Below, in pieces: positions 28,899 through 39,300 of a stretch of DNA of 64,000 nucleotides (its first letter is position 1; every line of letters starts with the position of its first letter). Below the pieces are notes generated by a model. The model had not been told where the DNA came from. It did not search any database and worked only from the letters and a program-made list of their open reading frames with translations. Source of the DNA: a virus. The DNA lies in the IMG/VR virus record IMGVR_UViG_3300031553_000354, positions 8,787 through 72,786 of that record; one strand, 5' to 3'. A program made the position numbers and the translations under genes.

Positions 28899-29777
28899 AT
28901 GAAAACACAACGAAGACAATATGGAAAAGTAGGGAACTTAAATCCTGCATCATATGGATCGCCCCAATCTATAACTACATTTACCGGAGCGGATATTACA
29001 GCGGTTGCATATATTCATGATCAACTCAAAGTATTGGGCGAATTGCAAACAATTTCGTATTCAATTCACCGGGAAAAAAGCGCTGTTATGCTTTTAGGAA
29101 GAATAGATCCGCCATGTTTTACCCGGGGACCAAGAACCATAGCTGGATCATTGATTTTCACAGTTTTTGAGCGGGAAGTATTAGAGGAACTTATTAATAC
29201 ATATCCAGACGATACCGTCGATAATGATTTCAGTACGATCTTATTGGATCAGATTCCCCCATTTGATGTAACAATTTCATTTATGAATGAAGATGGATAT
29301 TTATCTTCCATGGTTATTTATGGATTAGAAATCGTTGATGATGGGCAAGTTATGTCAATCAACGATATGATTATAGAGAATGTCAAATCATATAAAGCTC
29401 GCGGCATCGATCTGATGTATAAAAAGTCTGGAGGAGTTTGGACTCCGGCCAGAAAATTCAATCCGTCTGCTCGATTTGAATCTCTGAATCCAATGAAAGT
29501 CAGGAACATCGAAGGAGATTATACAAAATATATTGAAGAATTACAAGGCCAAATTGATGATTTATATGCACAAACGATAGTGTTTAGTTCTGAAAATGCC
29601 AAACTTGAACTTACAGAAGGAAATCAAAATAAAATCGACGCAAATAAATTAGAAATTGCGAAGTTGGAAGCTCAAATTGAAGATTTAAAAAGAGAAAAGA
29701 AGTCTATGGAAATTAAACTTGGAATTGAAAAAAGGAGGGAAGATTTGGGACTATTGGGAACGAGCCGGTCTTTGTAA
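28899..29777 (+). CDS. Tail tube paralogue 2 with C-terminal coiled coil
   Basis: TFTGADI, ISYSIHRE, GPRTIAGS, DQIPPFDV shared with 28106. Confidence 0.75.
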   Translation: MKTQRRQYGKVGNLNPASYGSPQSITTFTGADITAVAYIHDQLKVLGELQTISYSIHREKSAVMLLGRIDPPCFTRGPRTIAGSLIFTVFEREVLEELINTYPDDTVDNDFSTILLDQIPPFDVTISFMNEDGYLSSMVIYGLEIVDDGQVMSINDMIIENVKSYKARGIDLMYKKSGGVWTPARKFNPSARFESLNPMKVRNIEGDYTKYIEELQGQIDDLYAQTIVFSSENAKLELTEGNQNKIDANKLEIAKLEAQIEDLKREKKSMEIKLGIEKRREDLGLLGTSRSL

Positions 29778-29810
29778 ATTTATAACTTATTCATATTCAA
29801 CGATTTATTA

Positions 29811-29843
29811 GGTGGATACAAATTTTGGTATCCGCCATTTTTT
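29811..29843 (+). terminator. Intrinsic terminator
   Basis: GGTGGATAC/GTATCCGCC stem followed by a T-run. Confidence 0.75.
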
Positions 29844-29872
29844 ATTCTTTTTGTGGGGAATTTGGTAATTTT

Positions 29873-29883
29873 GATAAATAATA
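29873..29883 (+). promoter_or_regulatory. Candidate promoter motif GATAAATAATA (copy 2)
   Basis: Lies between the terminator and gene 29903. Confidence 0.55.
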
Positions 29884-29902
29884 TTCATTAGAGGTATAAA
29901 TC

Positions 29903-31225
29903 ATGACTAATATCTATAAATCTGGAGAGACCAAATCATCCGTTGATATAACCAGCGAACGCAAGTTCGAACTTAGCCAAATTCAACTTCGTCAACTTCG
30001 AAAAATGCGTGAATATTACACCGAATTCTATTCTGGACAGCAAGTTCAAGTATATATCAATGATGTTCTTCTTGATTTGGTAGCTATTGGTTGGAATGCT
30101 ACACAAAATAAAATGCCAGTATATGGATTTGCGTCGCAAATTTATGATGCAGTTGCAGAAGGAACTTTTCTTATTAATGGAGAATTCACTCTTGCATTTA
30201 AAGATGTTGCGATGATGCATTTCATTAGTCGGCATATTAAGGGACAAGAATATGACGCTGAAACTCATGCGGCAAACATTAAAAAATTGAGAGCACTTCC
30301 TAGTGCCTCGGTCATATATGAAATGGGACCAGGATCCATTGGACTTACGCCAGTAGTTGCTCGAACTCAAGAACTTACAGTAGACGAAGAAGGAAATGTT
30401 GTGTCTGATGGAACCAAAGGCAAGATATATGTATCAAAAAATAGGATAGAAGATCTATTTGGCGGATCAGATAATTTTGATGACTTATGTGATGCATTAG
30501 AAGATTCTATTTGGGGAATCGGGGATTATTATAAAAACAAATATAAAAGGGCGGACGAAACCGATAAAGAACAGAAACATGATTCATATGGAATAAGTCA
30601 TGATGTTGCAGGAAAAGGATTTAATTTGTTGATAACTTATGGAAATCCAAATAATTCCGAATCTGAACACACAATGAAAGTTCTAAATGACGTGCATATT
30701 CTGAGCAGCGCCCAATCTATAGATCCGAATGCCGGATTTATTATTGAAACTTTTTCATTCTTTGCAAGAAATATGGATCAGCCCGCATCCAATTATAAGG
30801 GATTCGATAAGCCAAATATTCCTACTGATAGAATTGGAAGAAATGCAACTGTTCTTAGCTTTACAATTCCTCTTACTACATTTGACCATTGCAATAGGAA
30901 ATTTTTTGAAGAACCAACAAGTATGGTTTTATCCATAAAAGATAAAATTCGAACTTTGACGAATGAAGACAAGAATGCATTAACTTATTATGTAAAATCG
31001 GAAATATTAATTCCAAGCGATTGGATTACTGATAGTGTCGAAAATGAGACTAGAATTATTGAAAAAGGTCCAATTGTTAGAAAAAATCTCCTCAATTATT
31101 TTGCCAGCAAAATACATGAAATTATCAAATCTGCAGCGGGGGCAACAGATACTACTTTTTCCTTCGTTACTAATACATCTTCATCTCTCAAAGAAAATTT
31201 TGTTATTAACTTTATGGTCGAATAA
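29903..31225 (+). CDS. Tail tube-fold paralogue 3 (tube initiator-like)
   Basis: FYSGQQVQVYI, KMPVYGFAS, GTFLINGEF, FNLLITYG, FSFFAR align with the tube pattern. Confidence 0.6.
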   Translation: MTNIYKSGETKSSVDITSERKFELSQIQLRQLRKMREYYTEFYSGQQVQVYINDVLLDLVAIGWNATQNKMPVYGFASQIYDAVAEGTFLINGEFTLAFKDVAMMHFISRHIKGQEYDAETHAANIKKLRALPSASVIYEMGPGSIGLTPVVARTQELTVDEEGNVVSDGTKGKIYVSKNRIEDLFGGSDNFDDLCDALEDSIWGIGDYYKNKYKRADETDKEQKHDSYGISHDVAGKGFNLLITYGNPNNSESEHTMKVLNDVHILSSAQSIDPNAGFIIETFSFFARNMDQPASNYKGFDKPNIPTDRIGRNATVLSFTIPLTTFDHCNRKFFEEPTSMVLSIKDKIRTLTNEDKNALTYYVKSEILIPSDWITDSVENETRIIEKGPIVRKNLLNYFASKIHEIIKSAAGATDTTFSFVTNTSSSLKENFVINFMVE

Positions 31226-31803
31226 TGCCGGATAGAATCGCAGAGCTTCAAAAAAAGTATAAAGATATTTATTTATTGAATTTGCGCGATAAGACTTATA
31301 TCTTTAGGGACCCAACTTTAGATGAATGGATGAGATTGGAAAAATTTGAATTTTCAAAACTAAATGCCAGCTCATATTTGGTTGAAACTTTATTGCTTTA
31401 TCCTCCAAAAGAAAATTTATTGGCTGGGGAAATTTTATCATTGGGAAATGAAATTTATAAAGTTGCTTCTAAATTTGCAGATGATAACATAATTGCAAAA
31501 TCCCTTGATACAATATCAAGAGATTTAGATAGTGGAGATAGCATAGAGAGCGTTGTCATGGTTATTTGTTCTGCATTCCCATCTTATAAGCCCGAAGATA
31601 TATATGAATTTAATTTCGATAGGTTAATGACAAGGTTGGCTCAGGCTAAAAAGATTCTTTCTCCCACAGAAGCTCCTGGGACTTTATCTTCACAGACGAT
31701 GGGAATTGATGCATCGAGAAATAATTTGCAAGCTGAATTAGCAAAGCATAGACAAGAAATAAAAAAATTCAAACCATTTAAAGATTCGAAAAAGGGGGAA
31801 TGA
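31225..31803 (+). CDS. Tail assembly chaperone-like protein A
   Basis: KKYKDIY...YIFR, LLYP, G.I..L..EI; paralogue of 32318; position before the tape-measure gene. Confidence 0.55.
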   Translation: MPDRIAELQKKYKDIYLLNLRDKTYIFRDPTLDEWMRLEKFEFSKLNASSYLVETLLLYPPKENLLAGEILSLGNEIYKVASKFADDNIIAKSLDTISRDLDSGDSIESVVMVICSAFPSYKPEDIYEFNFDRLMTRLAQAKKILSPTEAPGTLSSQTMGIDASRNNLQAELAKHRQEIKKFKPFKDSKKGE

Positions 31804-31804
31804 G

Positions 31805-32074
31805 ATGAGTTTTCAGAAATGTCATGGATGTGGAGGGAAAGGATATGTGATACTAAAAGATAAAGATGGGAATGAAATCATGAATAAATGTGTAATTTGC
31901 AATGGCGCGGGTGTAGTTCTCATTCCTAAGATTCGGACTCCATGGGAATGTCCTCATGATTCAAATGGAACGCCAGCTTATCCTAATGTTCAGTTTAGTG
32001 CAAATGATGTGATAAATTGGGGACTTTGCGATCTATATGGTGCAAATGCCTACGTCCAGATGCCAATGCGATAA
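31805..32074 (+). CDS. Small DnaJ-type zinc-finger protein
   Basis: CHGCGGKG and CVICNGAG (CxxCxGxG repeats). Confidence 0.65.
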   Translation: MSFQKCHGCGGKGYVILKDKDGNEIMNKCVICNGAGVVLIPKIRTPWECPHDSNGTPAYPNVQFSANDVINWGLCDLYGANAYVQMPMR

Positions 32075-32087
32075 AGGAGACGAAATT

Positions 32088-32318
32088 ATGGATTTACGAA
32101 TTGGAATGTGCTATTATAATTTAAAAGAAAAAAGAAACTACCTATGCGTTGGAATTGATAAGCATCCACAATGGTGCGAACCGGAAAAGCACGCCGTGGA
32201 CGAAGTGCTTTATTCATTTATGAGATGCATAAAAGATAGTATTGCAGTTAAAAATGACGAAATCCGCAGTTGGATATCCGATAAACAATGGCTCAATCAA
32301 TTAAGGAGGGTGAAATAA
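32088..32318 (+). CDS. Hypothetical protein
   Basis: AAGGAG SD before ATG 32088 (MDLRIG...). Confidence 0.55.
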   Translation: MDLRIGMCYYNLKEKRNYLCVGIDKHPQWCEPEKHAVDEVLYSFMRCIKDSIAVKNDEIRSWISDKQWLNQLRRVK

Positions 32319-32722
32319 TGGACGGGATTCAAGATGTAGAACAAACAGAATGGCTATATCCATTTACCAAAGAACAAATGGATGGCTGGAAAGCAAAATT
32401 TCAAGATGTTTTTTGTCTCAAAATTAACGACAAATTTTATGTTTATAAACCTCTGAGCGTGGGAGAGCTCAGGGAATTGCAAGTCGCGGAAATGAAAACA
32501 ATTAGGGAATTAGAGACGAACAACAAATTGGATGATGACCAAAAAATGGCTCTTGTGCAAAGTGCATCGATGGAACGAACGGTCGCTACTTGTGTGCTTT
32601 GGCCAGAAAATTTTAGTTCACAGCTAAATAATGTACCGTGTGGAGTTGTTGATAGGTTGAATGCGGAAATATTTAAAGTTTCCGGCTATGAGGAAGCTAC
32701 AGAATCGCCGATGAAACTATAA
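32318..32722 (+). CDS. Tail assembly chaperone-like protein B
   Basis: AAGGAGG SD before ATG 32318; WKAKFQDVF...YVYKPL, CVLWP, GVVDRLNAEIFKVSG. Confidence 0.6.
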   Translation: MDGIQDVEQTEWLYPFTKEQMDGWKAKFQDVFCLKINDKFYVYKPLSVGELRELQVAEMKTIRELETNNKLDDDQKMALVQSASMERTVATCVLWPENFSSQLNNVPCGVVDRLNAEIFKVSGYEEATESPMKL

Positions 32723-32816
32723 TGGATAGAAAACCGGCGGAACTTTTTAAAGGAAATTCTCGATCACGGAAAAAATTATCTTCGCTTTAATCTGCCATCC
32801 CATGGTATAAAATTAT

Positions 32817-32850
32817 GGCGGGAGAATTATACGAATTTCCCGCCTTTTTT
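32817..32850 (+). terminator. Intrinsic terminator
   Basis: GGCGGGA/TCCCGCC stem followed by TTTTTT. Confidence 0.7.
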
Positions 32851-32867
32851 CTTATTGGAGGGATCAT

Positions 32868-33380
32868 ATGCCCAGTGGAATATATGATCATAAAAAATTG
32901 AAAGAATTTTGGAAATCTTGGAGTCGTTGGTCAAGAAAATATCCACGTTGTCAAAAATGCGGAACAACTAAAATTCGGCATCATTCCAAAGGACTATGCC
33001 AAAAATGCTATTCTGCAGAATATCTACAATCTGATACATACAAAAATTATTATGAAAAAAGCAAGTATTGTAGATGGAGTAAACATACTCTTAGGGGACA
33101 TAGATTGCATGGTTATATAATTGATATTTCCATAAATGAACTTGAAGAAATAGCCAAAATTGCAACTCATTGTCCAATTTGTGGGCGCGAATTAAGTTGG
33201 AATAATTCCAAACTTTTACCAAATTCTCCGAGTTTAGATCGGAAGAATAATGGAAAAATTATTGATAAAAGTTCAATTTGGATTATTTGCCATTTATGCA
33301 ATGCCACAAAACAAAATAGAACTTTTAAGCAATTTATTGAATATTGTGAAATGGTATCTCAAAAATTTATAGGGAAATAA
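32868..33380 (+). CDS. HNH/endonuclease VII-like homing endonuclease
   Basis: CQKC..H..GLC..C, HCPICG, PSLDRKNN, ICHLCNATK. Confidence 0.75.
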   Translation: MPSGIYDHKKLKEFWKSWSRWSRKYPRCQKCGTTKIRHHSKGLCQKCYSAEYLQSDTYKNYYEKSKYCRWSKHTLRGHRLHGYIIDISINELEEIAKIATHCPICGRELSWNNSKLLPNSPSLDRKNNGKIIDKSSIWIICHLCNATKQNRTFKQFIEYCEMVSQKFIGK

Positions 33381-33393
33381 ACTAAAAAGTAGC

Positions 33394-36300
33394 ATGTATC
33401 AAAATTATTCATACGAACAAAGAGAAAATCTAGATTATAGGGATCGACAACTGCCCAGTCCTTTGAAAACTATAGGAGCTGGAGCATTTTCGCTTTTGGC
33501 TTTTGTAGTTATCAGAGGAGCTGCAATTCGTGGTTCTTCTGCTGCGAGTAAAGCTCTGTCTCGCAACTTGGGAAGAGTAGTAAGGTCGGTTGAAGGTGTG
33601 GCTTGGACAAAATCTTATAGAAATTTAAGAGCCGCCGCACTAACGAATGCCCGGGCTGAGGCTAGGCAATTCGGAGTATTAACTCCAAAAGATGTTGGAA
33701 TTGCTGCTACGGTTAAAGAAATACCTTTAATTCAAAGAGCTCGAGCTAAATTCACAACTACTTTTGCTAAACAATTCAAAGCTAGACGGCAATATTATTA
33801 TAGAGATTTAGGTCTGCGAGAAAAAGAATTATACGCAGCTCTAAAAGATGGTTATCATCCAAGAGCGCTTGATCAAAGACTGAAAGCATTAAAAACATTT
33901 ATGAAGCCTGATGGAGCATTTTCTGCTCGTTTCATGGCTGCGGCTGGAAAATGGGGCGAGCGGTATGCGAAAATGATCCCAGGATTTTACGTTGCAGATC
34001 AAGCATTGGGATTGTTCGAAAAAGAAAGACCGGAACATCCAAAGCCGGCATGGTATAACATACCTGGACATGTTGCCGGAATGGTTAGATTTGGAATAGG
34101 ATTTGCACCAATTGATTTGGCATTTTGTGGCGCTCTTCGTTTTTTCAGATATGGTAGAGCTGTGGCGGCAAAAAGTGCTCAATTAGGAGTTCGTGAATTT
34201 CCACACGTAAGAGAAGGATTTACAAAAGCCGTTGAAACATTGCACGTAAAGGGTGCTCAATGGCATGCATCCATTTCCAAACATTGGGCCGCCCGCAGAC
34301 ATGGAGCTTGGCCTTCGATTCAAGAACTCAAACGGAGTATTAAAGAACGCAAAGCTCCGCATTCAATGGATATTGCTAGGCTGTATTCTGATATTGTGAA
34401 AGATGCTAAGGTCCAAAGGAAACCATATTTCCGAATGGAACAGCAGCTCAATCAAATTCTTGGCGTTCTTGGTATGAGAAAAGATCCCGAATTGCTTCGC
34501 GAAATGGCAGGAAGTACTGAAATCAAAAAAGCATTTCATGAAGTCCTTGGCAAATATGAGCGCCGTCCAACCCAAACATTTATAGAATATGCTCTTAAAA
34601 CTCCACAACGCCCGGCAGATTGGGGCCCACGTAGGCTTTCAACTACGGCGCACATTAAAAGATATGCAAAGGAGGCTCATTGGGATCCGGAAACCACAAA
34701 TAATGCTTTAAAACTGCTTGGAGGGAAAGAATTATATTATGGTAAGAACATTCTTAGGAAGGGCAACTTTTCAATGTTCAATGCCAGTTTTACCGCTGGT
34801 AAGATAATAGATGTAATGGGGAAATGGAAGATGCCATTTATTAATTGGCATCCTTTCGAACGAATGATGATTACCGGAATTCCCAAGATAGGAATTCCGA
34901 GCAAAGGTTCCGCATTTAGGATTCTTGATGAAAAACAATCTGCATTAATGGCCGAAGCAGCCATCGGTGCCGATTTAAATGTTACCAGATCTCCGCAACT
35001 TAAAATTGGGGAATATTTTATGAGGATTGGAGATCATGTTTTTAGATTTAGTCCTGAAAAACTTATTAAACGAATTAGCGGACATTGGAAAGTTAGCGTT
35101 GATACAATTACTGCTGGAGAAAGAAGACATTTCCAAGGTTTGGTTGAAAGCCAAACCGATTATAAACATACTGGCTGGCTAGGACATTTACGTCAAAAAT
35201 TTGAATTAGGTCAATCCCCCCATTTCATAGGACGACGACTTAAAGAGTTTGTGATCCAAGATTTTAACCCCGAAAGTCCGCATGTATTGATGAATGAAAA
35301 AGGAAAATTTGTGAATATGCTCAAGCAGCTCCAAGGAGATAAGATCCTTAGTCCCAGGGAGCAAAAAGAATTCATAAATTATTCAAGGGCAGTGGGTCGG
35401 CATTTATATGGATCAGAACAAACAGCTTTAGAAATTTTCCATAATAATCAAGGTCTTAGAGGAAAAGTTCTTGATGTCTTAGGTGGCGTTGATGCAAAGA
35501 AAGCTAAAAAGATTTTAAATGATACAAATATAGATAAGGTAATTGATGATTTATCGCTATTTGATTATGCTTTGCCGGAAACATATTCCCAAAGAACTGT
35601 TCAGGAAGTGCGTAGAGCTCTCCATGATGTACAAAATCTCGTAGGGGCTGATCGAGAATTTTTATTGAGATCAAGAGCAACAGTTGTTGGTCAGGCTAGC
35701 AATTTGACTGTGCAAGATTATCTTATGGGACAATATTTTAAAAAAACATTAGAAAATTATAGTCAGGTCGGAAAAATTACCGAAGGCATGTATGATAAGA
35801 TTTTCAAGTCAATTGATGATGCATTCATATCTAAAACAGAAAAGTCTAAGGCGAAATCACTGTTTGTTAGTATGAAAATTAATCATCCCATGGCTGATTA
35901 TTTGAATCAAGAAGTTATCAATAGTTTGGATACTGTTGGACATCTTAAAGATATCATTGCTCCAAATGAAAATTTGCTTAGAGAAGTATTTAAACTGGAT
36001 TATAAATCTCTTCGGGAATCTGTCAAGATAAATAGATTTATGCGGGATACTCTTATTCCTCTTGAAGTCCGAGGATATATGGGTCCCATAAATGAAATAT
36101 GGAGAGTTCACGGCCGTGGAGCTCCATCTGCTCCGAAAGATCTTTTTGGTGCAGCCCCAGGATTCGGGGACATGATCAAAAGTGATTTTAAGAAATTTTT
36201 TAAAATTTCTGACTCCGCAACCCAAATAAATTATGAACCATATATTACTAAACAAAGTATGCTTCTCAATCGATGGGCAATTAGGCCATTCAATATGACA

Positions 36301-39300
36301 TTAGGATGGATTGGTCTGGATTTACAATATAGGTCAAACGCTGAATTTATGAAAAAATTCCTGTGGAAACGCGCTTTGGCTATTCCCGCTGCTATTTATG
36401 GTTACCGCGCTATTGATACTTTCCTAACCGTAAATCCACTTTTAGACCATACCATCTTTGATGACGGATTGACATCTGCTGGAGCCCAGGCAATTGGAAA
36501 AGCAAATATTGCAAGAGCCGAAGTATTTGATACATTGGGAATAACAGATTTTGCCCAATATATGGAAGGCCTCATGCCTGGATCCGTGGAATCTCCTGCC
36601 GCAAAATTAATCAGAGGAGCCGTCCTTCCAATTTTGGGGAGAAGATTTGGTGGGGGACCAGGGCTTATGATTGGATTAGGAGCTTCTGCTGCAACAGGAT
36701 TTGGGCTTCCCGATTTGACAAACACGGCAGATGAACTTCGAGATATATATTCAGGAAGAAAGCTAACCCCGGTTCGCAGCGGCAGGTTCTGGGAAACTTC
36801 CAAGCTATCTTATTTTGGAGGAAGAATATCGTCATTCCAGCCATCGTGGTACACAAAGATTGTAAGCCAATATAAATATACGGACGCCGCATTGGGAACC
36901 AAATTGGAATCACTGCTTTATACCGGCCCATTGCAAGTATTAACTGATCCATATCATTATGAACGTTGCGTTACGCAGGATGCGAAAATTGTTATGGATG
37001 ATGGAATTCCCAAACCAATAAAAAAATTAGATATTGGTGATTATGTTTTGTCTCATGATGGCTATCCACATAAAATATTGAACATTTGGGATGCCAATAT
37101 TGATGAACAAATAATCAAAATTGTTACACATGGAGCCTGCAAATATCCAATATGTTCAACGAATGAACATCGGTATCTTACTATTAGAACGAAACAATGT
37201 CCGAAACGAAATAACAGAATTGCTTATTGTAAAAAGCAATCATGGACAAAATGTAAAAATTGTAAATATAAATATTTTGAAAATTATGAAGTTCAATGGC
37301 TGCGCGCAGACGAATTAAAATGTGGCGATTATTTAGCATATCCAAAACCTAAATTGTCGGAAAATTTATTTGAATTAGACATACCAAAGTTGCATAAACA
37401 TTGGAATGGTCGGGCATGGATTCGTCCCCGGCAAAAATATGATATTCCAAACAAAGTTAAAATTACTCCAGAATTGTTTCGTCTATTTGGATATTATTTG
37501 GCTGAAGGTTGTATACAACAAAAACGTACTATAAAATTTTCGCTATGCATAGATGAAATGGATATTGTCAAGGATATTGACAATATTTGCAATAAATTAT
37601 TTGGACTTAATATAACTTATAGGAATACACCAGAACATAAAAGAATAGATGTATATCTAAGTAATTCTAGATTAGCAAAATGGTTTGAAATGTTTGGCCG
37701 TGGCGCAATCAATAAATCCATACCATCTGATTTGCTCAATGCGCCCAAAGATTGTTTGGAACAATTTATCGTGGGATTTTATCGTGGAGACGGAACATAT
37801 AAAGGACATAATATATCAATTTCTGCTGCTACAATATCTGAACAACTCATAATGCAATTACGATATATCTTATTAGGTTTGGGGTATGTTCCCCACCTTA
37901 ATGGCGCCAACGCAAATTCCAATAGTCGACCAAATAATATATATATGCTGGAAATTCATGGACAAGATGCCAATAAATTACGACAAATTATTGGCTGGCC
38001 AATCTCAAAAAATCCAATGCCGGATAAATATCATTGGTCGGATGAAAACTATATTTATTTTAAAATCAAAAATGTTGAACATATTGATTATATCGGTAAA
38101 ATTTATGATTTAAAAATTGAAAATTCTCATTCATTTGTTTCTGTAAATGCCATATTACATAATACCCATTACTACGACCGACCATACCCAACAACGGCAC
38201 CATTGTTTAGCGATATTCCGGTTGTCGGATCGCTCGCGGATATGACGATTGGTAGACTTTTAAAACCGCAGACCATGATGCACGAAGATGAATTAGAAGC
38301 GGCCCAGATGGGATTTGATGTAGAAACGAAAGATCGGATTCTGCCCGGATATAATAGAAATACGATGCCACCGCTTCATGAAGCGCGTCCAGGCTATTTT
38401 GCTCCAAGACATACGGTTCCATCAGTAAGTATGAAAGGAATGCTGGGAGAATCATTTTATAGACTTACTGAAGGTGCTGGATTGCGTGGGTTTATGACCC
38501 AATCATTGTTGGGAGTTGAAGGAATTGGCCAATATGCGCCGGTGTATGACGACGCATCTGCAATTACCAGTTTTGGACATCAATTTTGGGACATGCAGAT
38601 TGGCGGAGGTTTGGCCACAGAAGCTTGGCGTCGTTTATATCCGCGGGAAAGATTTAAAAATTTGGTGAATCCGATCAGGAACCTCATGCCCACATGGTTA
38701 CCCGAAGACTTTCATTTTGGTGATCCATTCACTAAGATTAAAGGTGGATTAATCTTACTTCCTTCCCGAGCCCATGAAAAAATGTATAGAGTGAAGCGCG
38801 ATTTTCCCATTTCTTTGGAATATTTTGGATATGAGCCAGGGGAAGCAGCCGGAAGACTATTGAAGTTAATTAGACCGGAAAGAGAAGAAGAATATCATTA
38901 TTCATTTATTAAAGAATTGGTTCAAAAACAATTATTAATGAATCGGCAATTACTTACCAAAGATGTTCCACTTTTTGACCCTTGGTCCAAGTTGGAAGGG
39001 GCCGTTGATGCAGTAATCATGAATCAAAGCGGGCAACCAGAATTGATGCAAATAAAAGCAACAACTGCAGAAAAACTTGGATTTATGCAGCAGCCAAAAC
39101 CGGCACATGTGTCTCAACTCAATTTTGCTATGAGGCAAATGAAGAAGCGATATGGTCAAATACTTTATGTCGCTGCAGATAATCCGGAATTGACTCAATC
39201 TTTTTATGTGGAATATAGTGCGGAACGATTTCATAATGATATGTTAAGAATGAATGAAGCCCGAAAATTAGCATCAGATATGCTACTTAAGGGAATTGGG

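Noticed and set aside
31791-31808. G-GGG-GAA slippery site at the end of the tail chaperone gene
   Set aside because: The -1 frame stops almost at once (ATG AGA TGA); the G-run is better explained as the SD of the 31805 gene
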